From: Octopus sinensis
Taxonomy: Eukaryota
Direction: 5' to 3'
NCBI RefSeq assembly: GCF_006345805.1
Contig: NC_042997.1
Location: 67,394,001-67,458,000, forward strand
Length of the DNA: 64,000 nucleotides
Shown: piece after piece, positions 12,087 through 23,909 of the stretch
Position numbering within the stretch: the stretch's first letter is position 1
Layout: every line of letters starts with the position of its first letter
Notes under the pieces: model-generated
Database searches by the model: none
What the model saw: only the letters and a program-made list of their open reading frames with translations
Told to the model about the DNA's origin: nothing
Made by a program: the position numbers and the translations under genes

Positions 12087-13661
12087 TATAAACAAACATC
12101 TGAACTGAAATGAGCTTTGTTGCTGAAAACTATAGTGATGGTGTGTTGATAATGAAAAGAATTTTTTTAATTCTGTTATTCTTCTACCTATTTGTTCATA
12201 CTTTTTACGCTTTAGTTTGTTAGAGAGGAAGAAGGAATGTGAGAGTGAGTGAGAGAGCAGTTAGCCAGCCGATGTATTATGCTGTCACTCGTATAGTAAG
12301 TGGAAGGAAGTGAGAGTGAAACGAAAGAGTGAAATATTAAAAACATGAAGAAATATTAAAAACTTTGTTGAAGAAGTAGAGAGAAAGAGAGAAATATCAA
12401 GTGCTTAGCAGACGGAAATTTTTAAATAATAATATACTATTGTGACTGGAAGTGAAATAACTTAGGAAAATAAAAATGCAAATCATCCTTTCTTTCTTAA
12501 ATGGTTTCTCTTAATCTTTTTCGTTCTGTGGAATTCCCATGGGCCCCACTACTTAGTTCATATCACGCGAGCCGCATACTCTTGAAGTAAGACAAAGCCT
12601 TTTTTTCGTAAATAGTGCTTATTTGACAGGATTATTTCACGACATAATTTATGATGTAATAATCTATTGTAATCTCAATAACCTACTTCTTGATCACATG
12701 ATTTTATTAACTTGGATTTTAAACCCAAACAAAGTTGACATCATGACTCAGTATTTCGATAGTCATGAGATTACAATATTTACTGCGTAGTGAAAAGTCT
12801 GATTTATCTCATTGTAGTTTTTACACGAAAAAATGTTTATGGACTTATACTAAATCAAATAATTCATAAAACAAGACATAAAATTTATTGCAGTAAATGT
12901 TTTAATACAAAAATTAAACATTAATTGAAAGAGCAGAGGAGATCTATACCGCAACGAAACTTTGGGAACTATCGAAATTTTATAATTATAAATAAATTTC
13001 TTTGAAAAGAATTTTTAAAAAGTTGTGGTGCATCACGAAATACGGTGTTTACTGACCACATGCTGTTGTATTTTTGAGTTGTATTGGTAGAATCGTTAGA
13101 GTGTTTGGATAAATTGCAGAATGCTTTGAGTTCATCCTCCCGGATAAAAGTTCCAATCAAGTACAGGATCGATTTGAATGGAATATAATGGTATAAAATA
13201 CGTTCATTGTTGTATTTTTATGTGTTTGTTCTCCGAAAGAAATCGGCCGCGTTCAAACCTGAAGTGGTTTCTCCAGGTTCTATATGTTCTCTCTCTCTCA
13301 AGCGTAATTGAAATTATCAAATCTATATGCTATTAAACCAGCGATGTTTTGAGCTAGGGAGGAGAAAGTGAAAGTTAGATAGAGAATTGTAAGAAAGTTG
13401 AGTAAGACTGGGAGTTAAAGTAAATATGCAAGAGAAAGCGCAGACAGTTGTGAGAACGAAAGTAATATGGAGGGGGAAAAGGAAGAATTTGAATATAAAG
13501 CAGAATTCTTTCCTTCTCTCTCTCTTTCTCTGCGTTGAAAGGTCTTTTTGAAGTGTATCTTGGTAGACATAAAACAATAGCATGATTAGTTTAAAAACAT
13601 TTATTTGATGCATGAACAGAAAAATTGCTATGATCTTCGTATATACGTATGCATGTATATA

Positions 13662-14931
13662 CGAGGGGCGTTCAATAAGTAATGCCCCTGACCCACTTCC
13701 CATAGCAGTAGAGTAACGACACTTGGCACAGTTATTAGTCTTTTCCTACATAGGAACTACCCAGAGTTATGCATTTCTCCCATCGTTTGATACAGCTCTG
13801 GAGACCGTTTTTGTAGAAGACCCCAGCTTGGTCCTCCAACCACGACGTGACTTCAGAAATCAAGGCTGCATCATCTGGGAAACGCTTTCCTTTCAAAATC
13901 AACTTCATGGCTGGGAAGAGGTGAAAATCAGAGGGTGCAAGGGGAGGAGTTCATAGCTGCACGCCTGTGCTTCTGATATGGCGACACGCGAGTTGTGGAC
14001 CGTAGCGTTGTCCTGCAGGAGGAGGATGCCTTTGCTGATCTTGCCCCGCCTCTTGATTTTGATAGCTTCTCTTAATTTCCTCAAAAGTGAAGCATAATAG
14101 GCTCCTGTAATTGTGGTACCCTTTGCCAGGAAATCTGTCATCACTACTCCGTCCTGGTCCCAGAAGACTGTGAACATAACCTTGTCAGCGGAGGGCTGCA
14201 CCCTTGCCTTCTTTGGAGGAGGTGAGTCACGGTGCTTTCACTGCATTGACTGGGCTTTGGTCTATGGATCATAGTGATGGACCCAGGTTTTATCCTGTGT
14301 GATCAGTCTTTTGAAAAATTTTGACTCATCTTCTTGGCACATCTCCAAATTCATCCTCGAGCACTCAACGCGTTCTTGCTTCTGGAAAGGTGTGAGCAAC
14401 CTGGAAATCCATCTGGCAGACACCTTTTGCATATGCAAATGGTCATGAATGATAGTTTTCACAGACCCGGTACTAATCTTGACCTTATGGGCTATTTGGC
14501 GAATAGTTATGCGTTGACCTTCCAAAATGGCAGCCTCAACTTGACGGACAGACGTCTCATCAACAGCAGAAGGGGGCGACCAGATCTGGGAGCTGTTTCC
14601 ACAGAGTTCCGACTATGTTTGAATTCACAATGCCAGCGTTTTACAAGGTCATATGATGGGGCATCATCACCATAAGTTACTTTCATTTCATCAAAAGTCT
14701 CCCGTGCTGTGCGTCCTTTCAAATACAAAAACCAGATCACTGCTCGACACTAAACAGGCTCCATTTCGCACTTGACTCAGTTCAAACACCTGTAAATCAG
14801 AAACCACAATTAGTTCAGAGCTGTAATTTGCCACTTAATCTATAGAGGTATAAATAAGTGCACATGCAAAATTTCAGCTAGATCAAACAACTGCAAGTGG
14901 GTCAGGGGCATTACTTATTGAACGCCCCTCG
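13662..14931 (-). mobile_element. Full-length mariner (DD34D) element with disrupted transposase
   Basis: Perfect 37-bp TIRs cgaggggcgttcaataagtaatgcccctgacccactt with TA flanks. Fragmented transposase (ITQDKTWVHHYDP, LLQDNATVHNS) has stops, frameshifts and a deletion in the PYSPDL motif. Confidence 0.95.
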
Positions 14932-14977
14932 TATATATATATTTAGTATGTCAATATTTGAGTACGTATAAAACGAC

Positions 14978-15065
14978 GAGATAGCTGAATCATTAGCACG
15001 CCGGGCAAAATGCTTTGCGACATCTCGTCTGTCTTTGTGTTCTGAGTTCAAATTCCTTTCCTCCT
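14978..15065 (+). mobile_element. SINE family B, 5' partial
   Basis: gaatcattagcacgccgggcaaaatgc...ttctgagttcaaattcc. Confidence 0.7.
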
Positions 15066-15727
15066 TGTTTCTATATAAAACACCACACTTTATGCCTGTT
15101 TTTATAAATGTTCCCTCAGCCACTGCCTTGGTAATAAATAAATAAAAAATCACGATTGTTGTTGTTTAAAATTAATAGTGAAATTTAAACAAAATTGAGC
15201 ATAAGAAACTAACACAAATAAGTCTGTTGCATGCATTGAGATAAATCAAGTAGGCGTTCATGCACTGAACGACATACGCAAAAGTGCCTAAATGAATGAA
15301 AATTTGCTTTTTAGAGAAAACAAAATCAATAACCAAGCGATGAGGAAGTTATTTCAAGAAATTTAAAACTAATCAAAACATTTTCATTCACAAATCTGAC
15401 TTTTGTAAGCGAGAATGATGACAGCAATAAACAGATTTTCATTTTTATTGGGCTTCAACAGCGGAACATAGTCAACCCGAATCTCCTTGATGAGTAGACG
15501 ATAATTTTTATATAGAGAATTTTGGCAGGCAAAAATTCACATAATGTGTTACAAAATTGAGCTAAAGAAAAGTCTATTGTCTGTGTGTATGCGTGGGCGC
15601 GCAACATGCAATCTATAGCCGTTAGTTTTCGCTTTATTTTTTATTATCTCTTATTGAGCGAGAAATTTCACTTGTTTAAGATTTTTATCCACCTTCATTC
15701 AGCACATCAGCAAAGACGTTTTTTCCC

Positions 15728-15850
15728 ACTTTACATTCTGAGTTCAAACTCCGCCGAGGTCCAATGAAATAAGTCCTGGCGAGGCACTAGTCGATGTAAT
15801 CAACTAGTTCACTCCCTTCAAAATTTCAGTCCTTGTACCTATTGTAAAAA
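15728..15850 (+). mobile_element. SINE family B, partial
   Basis: ttacattctgagttcaaactccgccgaggtc...aaaatttcagtccttgtacc. Confidence 0.65.
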
Positions 15851-16044
15851 GCAAATTGTGATGAATATGAAGAGTCAACGCCGAGAACTTGGAAACAGAG
15901 TTGTCGCGCTTAGATGAATGAACGAATTAACGAATGCAGCTCAATCAATTTTGATGAATAAAAGCCGTTTGCTCAATTAACAATGGCGGCGAGCTGGCAG
16001 AATAAGATACTGTCAGCTTGATTTCTTTTATTTAGGCACATGGC

Positions 16045-17120
16045 TTCAGTTTAGTTATATAAATAAGTAAATAAAAATTAAGGGGGAGATAAGTAGTAAA
16101 AAAAAGCATAGGGACATTGGGTATTTGGCGAAGAAAGTGTTTTATGGTCGAAGTTGTAGTGGATCTAGCATGCATGAAGTGGATTCGATCCACCATAGCC
16201 AAATTTAAATTAACACTGCAACGGAACTTTTCCCCCGATGGAACAATGGTTTTCTCTGACAGCAGTTTTACATTTTCCAGCTGCCGTTAGCTGGGCCAAA
16301 ATGTCTTCACCACTTGACCCTTTCTAACCTCTTCTACTTCGCCAAGAGCTAGAATAGAGATAACAAGACCACCAACTAAATCTATTGTTCTCAATGATAT
16401 GTCTATCCTTCTGGATAGTTATAAAGGGAAGCACACCCCAAGCAAAAATCAGTTAGTCACTTTGGTGACATGGAAGTCTGGCTGACCAGCTAGAACCTTT
16501 GTCAGAGGATGAAATGAAGTTTACTGTCAGCAACTGTGAGACAACGTCCCACACCCTACAACTCTAGTAGCTTTAATTCTGTTCTCTTACAACATCAGTC
16601 TATCTCTCTCTGTAATTACTACTAAACATTGAAGAGGACACAAACTTTACTTCGCATGCTTTTGGATTTATTATAACCTGCTCGTCGAGGCAAGGTATTG
16701 TAACGTAACAGTAAATAAATATTTCCTTAAAACTTCAAGCATTGTTCATCTTTCACATCCTACAGTATGCAATTATAATAACAAAGTTTTATCGTTACAA
16801 CTGCTGACTCCGACATCATCATAATATTGTGTACCTAAAAATATTTATCGTTACAAAGTACTTGACCGCATAGAAGAAACTTTAACTGAGGTGATACAAA
16901 GGTGGATTTTGCCTGGGTCTCATAGTCAGCGATGGATGGTGAGCATATAATTGTTTGTTTCATATCTGCATGAGTATCTCTGGCGTAAGTCCACTGAGAA
17001 AAGAAGACATTTATTCACTTTCTGGCGGCGATCGCCAGTCTTTAAGGTGTATAACAAGTAAGCGGCTTCTTTTATTACTTATCTCCCCTTAATTTTATTT
17101 GCTTTTTCCATGTAACTGAA
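16045..17120. mobile_element. Candidate ~1.1-kb element bounded by imperfect inverted repeats
   Basis: aaataaaaattaagggggagataagtagtaaa (~16068) is inverted at ~17070-17100 (tttattacttatctccccttaattttattt). It sits between two halves of a family-B SINE. Confidence 0.4.
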
Positions 17121-17308
17121 CAATTAACCGGGTGGTATTTCGTCCGTCTTTACGTTCTGAGTTCAAATTCCGGTTAATATAAAGACCTTCACCCGTTAAC
17201 AATAAATAAATAAATAAATAACAGCCTGCTCGGTGTTAACTGTGCGGAAAACGAATGACAAAAAAATTTGCGAAAAATTTGTTTGTAATATTTCAATTTT
17301 TCAACAAA

Positions 17309-17352
<44 letters not shown>

Positions 17353-17569
17353 AATATTAAATTTCTAAATATCTCATAGAGATATGTACGGTGGTGGAGC
17401 GATAGAGTGGTTGTATACTGTCAACTTAACGTGACAGTCCTGTAAGGGAATTACACCACCGCTGTTTAGCCCTAGGAAGCATCGACGCTTCCTGTCGGCC
17501 TTGACACATTTCCTGTGTCCTTATATATTTACGAAGGGGAGACAAACACCCCCAACAGCTAGGCCTGCA

Positions 17570-17615
17570 TCTAGAGACATGCATGTTTCTGGGTCTTGCC
17601 CATCATCAGTCTAGA
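17570..17615 (-). ncRNA. Mirror hammerhead ribozyme motif on the minus strand
   Basis: Exact reverse complement of 17635-17680. Confidence 0.75.
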
Positions 17616-17622
17616 GTAGCAG

Positions 17623-17689
17623 AGGCCTGCTTACTCTAGACTGATGATGGGCAAGACCCAGAAACATGCATGTCTCTAGATGCAGGCCT
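17623..17689 (+). ncRNA. Type I hammerhead ribozyme motif
   Basis: Helix I tctaga/tctaga (17635-40/17675-80) plus extension aggcctgc/gcaggcct (17623-30/17682-89). Core CUGAUGA; helix II uggg-caaga-ccca; GAAA; palindromic helix III ACAUGCAUGU; GUC cleavage triplet with predicted cut after 17674. Confidence 0.8.
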
Positions 17690-17846
17690 AGCTGTTAGGG
17701 GTGTTAGCCTCCCCTTCGTAAATATATAAGGACACAGGAAATGTGTCAAGGCCGACAGGAAGCGTCGATGCTTCCTAGGGCTAAACAGCGGTGGTGTAAT
17801 TCCCTTACAGGACTGTCACGTTAAGTTGACAGTATACAACCACTCT

Positions 17847-17909
17847 CTCTCTCCCTCTCTCTCTCTCTATATATATATATATCTATATATATATATATAT
17901 ATATATATC

Positions 17910-17968
<59 letters not shown>
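17847..17968. repeat. (CT)n + long (TA)n microsatellite
   Basis: Directly visible; abuts the right arm of the palindrome. Another (TA)n lies at ~17316-17348. Confidence 0.95.
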
Positions 17969-17972
<4 letters not shown>

Positions 17973-18244
17973 AATCCCCTCCCAATTCTACGGCCTTGGC
18001 CTTCAAGCAGGCTATCCACATGCTAGAAATAACACCCAAATTTCAGAAAACTGCAATAACATAAAGAACACCTATTAGACTTTGGGGGGGGGGGTTACGT
18101 TTTAGTGACCAGGCGCTGCAGTGATCATTTTACTGTTTCACTATAACGCATACAGAAACAGACAAAACTCTTCATTTTCACTTTTAGACAGTGGGGAGGA
18201 GGGGAGGTCGGAGTTTTTCATAAACAATTTGAAATTAAAATTTG

Positions 18245-18654
18245 GGGTCTTTTCGGTTTGAACGGCAGTTTTTAACATAATTTCTAGGTAACTAAAAAAT
18301 TTTAAACTTCGTACACTGGTAGAATGACTTTATAAAACATCTTTTTCTCTTGGCTTTAGTGAGAAAATTCTATAGTTTGTAAGATATTTGTTGTTTTTTT
18401 TCTTCTATCTCTGCAATTTCAACCAATCACTGACGTCTATTGAGTTAAAAAACATTCTATGCCGTATGAATATGTCCCTCGTTTAAGAAACAGATTGGGT
18501 TTATTTACATTTGTGAAGAAAAAAAGATACCCTTCCCCCACCCCTAACCCTAAAACAGATTGAAATGCAATAGATCGATACTAGGGTCATAATTATAGGG
18601 GACAATTTCATATGACATCGCTAGAAAAAACTGCCATTCAAACCGAAAAGATCC
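18245..18654 (+). mobile_element. Merlin-like MITE, copy 2
   Basis: Same sequence as 11507-11915; perfect 8-bp TSD aaaatttg. Confidence 0.9.
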
Positions 18655-18964
18655 AAAATTTGAATTTGTGTTAATTTTTTTCCATACTCTTTCTGAAAGA
18701 AATTTTAGCATTTTCTTCAGTTTTGTGAGATTTGGCTATTATCTCTAGCATGTAGATAACTTGCTTGAAGGCCAAGGCCAGAGAATTCAAATACCCATTT
18801 ACCCAAAAAGTTATGACGGAAAAATCGGATCGAAAGTCCTCTCCCGACCCACCAGTAAAATTTTTTTTGTCATATTCGTTTTCTACACAATTGTTAATAC
18901 TCAGCAGGCTGTTTTGTTTTGTTTGTTAGTTTTTTGTTAACGGGTGAAGATCTTTATATTAACC

Positions 18965-19100
18965 CAAATTCCGCCGAGGTCAACTTTACTTTTCATCCTC
19001 TAGGGGTCAATTAAATAAGTACCAGTTACGCACTGGAGTCGGTGTGATCGACTAATCCCCTTCCAACAAATTTCAGGCCTTGTGCCTATAGCAGAAAAGA
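18965..19100 (+). mobile_element. SINE family B, 3' partial
   Basis: aaattccgccgaggtcaacttt...aagtaccagttacgcactgg...caggccttgtgcc. Confidence 0.75.
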
Positions 19101-20177
19101 TTAACAATGGAACTACCTAACCATTATATTAAGTGTGTTTGAGCATTCCACAGATATTTGCATCATTCACATAATCTGAGTGTTAGCGTGTATCATTCAC
19201 CCAGGTCTTCGAATTACAGATACAGTCTATTCAACACAAGTACCGCGAACTAGGATCGAACCTAGATTATTATGTTCGGGGAGTAAAACTCTCAACATCA
19301 TTTCCCAGAAGCGTAACAAAAGCGGCACTGACGGAAATTAATGGCTTCTGAAAAGAAGAATAATTTCATTAGCCGGATTAAAATTGACAACCGATTTTAT
19401 ATGCTTTCCAAAAGCGAATATCACTTTAATATAACAATTATAGCTGAAAATAATAAAGCGAACATTTCAAAATGTTAAATCTTTCTGATATTGATATTAA
19501 AAGTGAAGTTATTGATGACAATAAATCTATGTAAAGTTATTTCATTTTGCACCGGATATAGTATCGTTGTTCTACCAACACGTGTTGGGATCGGTCAACA
19601 TTATCAGGTATTTAAAGAAATCTTTTCACATAATACGTGCATTATTTCAATATTTAAATACTGATCGTGAAATCAATGAGGCAAAGTTATATTTGTTGTT
19701 CCCTTCTCTCGAGTTGTATTGCAATGAATATAATTTAATTATCTTTAAACCAACTGTTTCTACGCAGTAGAAATATGCTAGAAATAGCAGTAAAATTTCT
19801 CCCTAAATCATATCCAATCATCATCATAAAAAAGTGACACATTAGATAAGTAATTTTTTTCGGGAATAACCATGTAAAAAAAAACCCAGTTATGTACCCA
19901 GATTTGTAAAATATAATTCGGTTTTATTACTATATATGAAGTTAATCGCCTAAAGCTACTTAATTACCTTGAAATATATCAATGAAAAATGTCTTAATGA
20001 AGTTATGATCCTTCATAGATTATTTTGAAAAGACAATTTTCTTCAACAGAGCTACCAAAACTTTTAACTTAACATTATCCTGTGACTTTTATTGAAGTAG
20101 ACTGGTCTGGACCACAAATATTTTAGATTTATATGCTAATTTTTGTTTTTCTTTTAATATAAACTGACATTAAGGTG

Positions 20178-20322
20178 TCGAGCTGTCAGAATCGTTAGTC
20201 TTAACGTTCTAAGTTTAAATTCCGCCGGGGTCGATACAATAAGTACCAGTTGAACCTTTGAGGTCGAGGTAAACGACTTCCCGCTTCTGAAATTGTTCGC
20301 CTTCTGCCAGAATTTGAAACCA
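20178..20322 (+). mobile_element. SINE family B, internally deleted
   Basis: gagctgtcagaatcgttag...aaattccgccggggtcgat...aagtaccagtt...gaatttgaaacc. Confidence 0.7.
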
Positions 20323-20497
20323 ATATAGGCTGAGATTAATATAAAGTTACTAAACTCGTACTGGCATGAAAAAGTAGATGTAAAATGATGGTAGCATGGA
20401 ATTGTAAATAATTTTCTAAATTATTTATAATTCCATGTTATTCCTGATGCTCTGAGTTATCTCGGTATGAAAATGTGTGTGTGTATATGTATGTATG

Positions 20498-20536
<39 letters not shown>

Positions 20537-20559
20537 CTTACTGAGAGCCTCAAACTAAA

Positions 20560-21015
20560 TTTGTGGCTGGTGCAAAGTCTCAACCAGACCTAGAGTGACA
20601 TGGTGGTGGAATAGTATAGCTGTCAGAGCCATTAGAGCAAAGAAGCGGGACTGAAAGAGTGGTCATAACAAGGAACTACATCAGGTAGTTAGAAGGGAAG
20701 CTAGGAGGCAGGTATACCTGGCCAATGAGGGAAGCAGAAAGGAAAAAGTTTGCCAATGTTCTGCAGCTTGAAGTGTGTTGGGAAAAATTGTGATGTTGGA
20801 CAGAAGTGCATTTGCATGGATGATGGTTCACTTGCAGCTAATGCCACTATGAAAGGCTGCTAAATGTAGAGAACTCATGGGAAGAGTGTCTGCCCAAGGT
20901 GGATCCAACAGAGGGACCAGTTATCCAAATAGACAGTATCTTGGTAGATAAAGCCATGAAGACAAGAAACCCTTGGACCACCAGGAATCACTGCTGAAAT
21001 GCTTAAAATATATCA
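20560..21015 (+). mobile_element. Decayed RTE-clade LINE fragment (linker before the RT)
   Basis: Ends in GPPGITAEMLK, resembling the G-D-I-AEMLK motif that precedes RTE-type RTs; many stops. Confidence 0.55.
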
Positions 21016-21021
21016 TAGTGA

Positions 21022-21225
21022 CGGGGACGTAAACACACCAGCATCGGTTGTCAAGCAATGCTAGGGGGACTAACATATACACACACACACACATATATAT
21101 ATACATATATACGACAGGCTTCTTTCAGTTTCCGTCTACCAAATCCACTCACAAGGCATTGGTCGGCCCGGGGCTATAGCAGAAAACACTTGCCCAAGTG
21201 GTTGGTAAGCAAGCTACTTACCACA
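21022..21225 (-). mobile_element. SINE family A, partial
   Basis: Reverse-complement match to 7811-8050. Confidence 0.8.
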
Positions 21226-21975
21226 CTCCTGCGCCTATTTAGTCGAGTTTTCTTTATTTCATAGCATGTTCCATTTTTCCTTGATCCTCTTTCATCTGAC
21301 CTAGATATTTAAAAAGATTTTTTGCATTTCTGATCTTTCTTATGTCTAGGGATGGATATTGATGTGTATGAATTGATTTTCTGGAGAATTGAAACAGCAA
21401 ATTTACTTTATATTGACTTACTCATTTTGCCCCAGCTAAATTTGTATTTTATATGTTCAAGGAGAACAGCAATAATTTTTTGAAATAGTGATTATATCAT
21501 GTTATACTGTTTTTAATGCATTTAGAGAAGGTTATTTGCTTAGCTGATATAGTTTTTGTAAAATAGTGAACATTTAAAAAAATATTATCCCAAAATAAAA
21601 AATGCAGTAAAAACTCCTCATTGTGCCCAACCCACCCCTGTGTGTGCATGTGTATGTGTGTGTGTATCATGAAGCATTGTCTAATATATGTAAATGTTTA
21701 CAAGGTATTGAGGTCAATGGTTAGTTCTTTTAGTTGGTTATTCAACATTTCAGTGTTAGAATCCTTCTTCAAGAAATCTTTGAAGAAAAGGTGTGTTGTT
21801 AGCTAACTTCTCCCTTTTGTTGTGTGTATGAAGGGTTGTTTTGTTATAGTAGCCAGTCAACTGTGTTCATATCTGTTAATATGTGGGTTGTATTTGTTAA
21901 TTAGACAAGTACACACATGGGTCATAGAATGCTTCAGCTTTATTATTATTTTATTGTTTTTTGTCTGTTTTTTTA

Positions 21976-22096
21976 TCACACCTCCTGTGACCTCTTCAGC
22001 GACTCTTTATCCCACATGGCTCCTCTTAATGAACTAAGCAAAACAAGAGGAAACACATGAGATAAAGAGTCGCTGAAGATGTCACAGGATGTGTGA
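21976..22096. other. Isolated imperfect hairpin (52-bp arms, 17-nt loop)
   Basis: tcacacctcctgtgacctcttcagcgactctttatc...tcctctt pairs with aagagg...gataaagagtcgctgaagatgtcacaggatgtgtga. Confidence 0.8.
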
Positions 22097-22406
22097 CGAA
22101 AGAGCTTAGACAAAGGCTTCTATGCTAATGCTTCTTCTATCAAATATCACCTGTGGAAATGTCACATCCAAGACATCTAAGTTTACATTGAAGCTACAGA
22201 AACGTTGGGAACTTGAGGATGAAGAAGCTATTTTAACAAATACAATCAATGTATTGTCATGAATTCATTGTTACTCCAAGAGCCCCAACTAGTAAACATT
22301 CTTCAGATAAATGTTCCAGTTAAACTTCTTTTAGTATTGACAGCATTTCATCGAATATAAACACGCACGTTTGCATATGTAGAGGTGTATATGTATTTGT
22401 AAGAAT

Positions 22407-23378
22407 TGTTACGGAATCCCCGAAAGTTGCTACGGAATCCCACCTGCCGTCGCTCGAACTCGAACTCGGGATCCCAACAAGTCGAGTGACGACAATTGAC
22501 CAGGCTCGATCGATCGGCGCAAGTTCGCCACGGAACTCAGAGAGGAGAGAGATAACAACAACAACAACAACAGCAGCAGGAAGAGACACAGAGGCACAAA
22601 GAAATACAGTGGAAGGCAATTGGCTTACATTTAACCTACTAGTTTATAACACTTTATAATTGTTACAACATCAAATATATCAAGATACATATCAGATGAA
22701 TCAAAGAAAATGCATGCAAGAAAACAACACATCAAAGCATTCGGGTACAATAACAGTTCAGATTGATGCAATATACAGTCCGGAGACAACAGTTCTGTTT
22801 CAAATCACATTAATGTTACAGTTCAAATCACATTAAAGGCATATACAGTTCAATGTTCATTAAAGACTACAACAGAGTCTCTCTCTTTCTTTAACAGTTC
22901 TGTAACACAATGTTCATTTCTTTTACATTTCAATACATCGATTCTTTCTCCTTTCTCCCTTCTTTCTCTTTTTAGTTCAACACATCAATTCAAAGCATAA
23001 ATAAACACATACCGTACAGTTCCTACTATAATAGCTGTGCCTTCCCTCTGCCGTAATCTCCCTCATTTCCTTAATCTTCTCTGCCTGTCTTCCTCTGTCA
23101 CAGCAGAACAACCATTACTAAACTTGCTGTATCATCCCAACTGTTGCCTGTCTCTCACAAACTCCCAACTCCGACTGCTTGCCTTGAATCCCAAATGCCG
23201 ACTGCCTCTCACAAACTGAACTGCTCACTTAAGGGGGTAGCCCTCAAATGAACCTTAATTCACCTGAAAGAGTCGGGTGGTTTCCCCAGAGGTAATTAAT
23301 CAACCCGCATCTGGCAGAACAATGGATTCATTCCCAAAAGTAGGTCGCCAGCTCTGTCCTTAAGTTGAACTCACAACA
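22407..23378. mobile_element. Candidate solo-LTR-like or unclassified insertion with TGTT...AACA ends
   Basis: Termini tgttacgg...cacaaca; flanks gtaagaat / gtatgaat (7/8). CpG-rich portion within CpG-poor surroundings; internal short tandem motifs; no ORF. Confidence 0.4.
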
Positions 23379-23909
23379 GTATGAATCTCTATGTATAAAT
23401 GTGTGTGTGTGACTGTGCACATTCTTAGGTGTACACGTTGGTTGTACTTGGAAATGTATAAAGCATTGCTACTTTAATAAGGTAAATATTTTAGATAGTA
23501 ATGAAAAGTTATTTCCCCTTGACTGTTTGTGGCGTTTCAATTCTTTAAACGTTGGGAAAATACGATTATTTTCAGGTCCTTTGAATTTGGAGAGGTGTGG
23601 GTGGAGCTGATGACACTTATAGGTTAACCTTGCAGGGATGCAAAAGGTTTTATTCTGTTGATGTAACTGGCTGGCAATGTTGAATAGGTAATAAAGTGTT
23701 GCTCATTGGTGAGTGTGAGGGATTCACGAAACAACAAATCACAGATTGGTCACACTCTAAATCATGTGGAAAGCTATCATATACAGTTGTCCCTTGGTTT
23801 AATAGTATTCTATTTACCACCATTTCATTTCTTTTTTTTTTTTCCACATATATCTCTAAGAAATATAATTTCATTATTTCCATTTTTTATTGGGGGGGGG
23901 GGGTTACTT

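Larger units (their letters stand above)
17404..17846. mobile_element. 443-bp head-to-head palindrome with a hammerhead ribozyme motif in each arm (Penelope-like/retrozyme-type element)
   Basis: Arms are reverse complements around axis 17625, with 3 substitutions plus a few central differences. Core CTGATGA...GAAAC...GTC at 17641-17674, mirrored at 17576-17609. Confidence 0.85.

Noticed and set aside
17821-18039. IY/YI-rich ORFs on both strands
   Set aside because: Translation artefacts of the (TA)n microsatellite; the same applies to similar ORFs at 6260-6524, 7717-8028 and 55745-55972.
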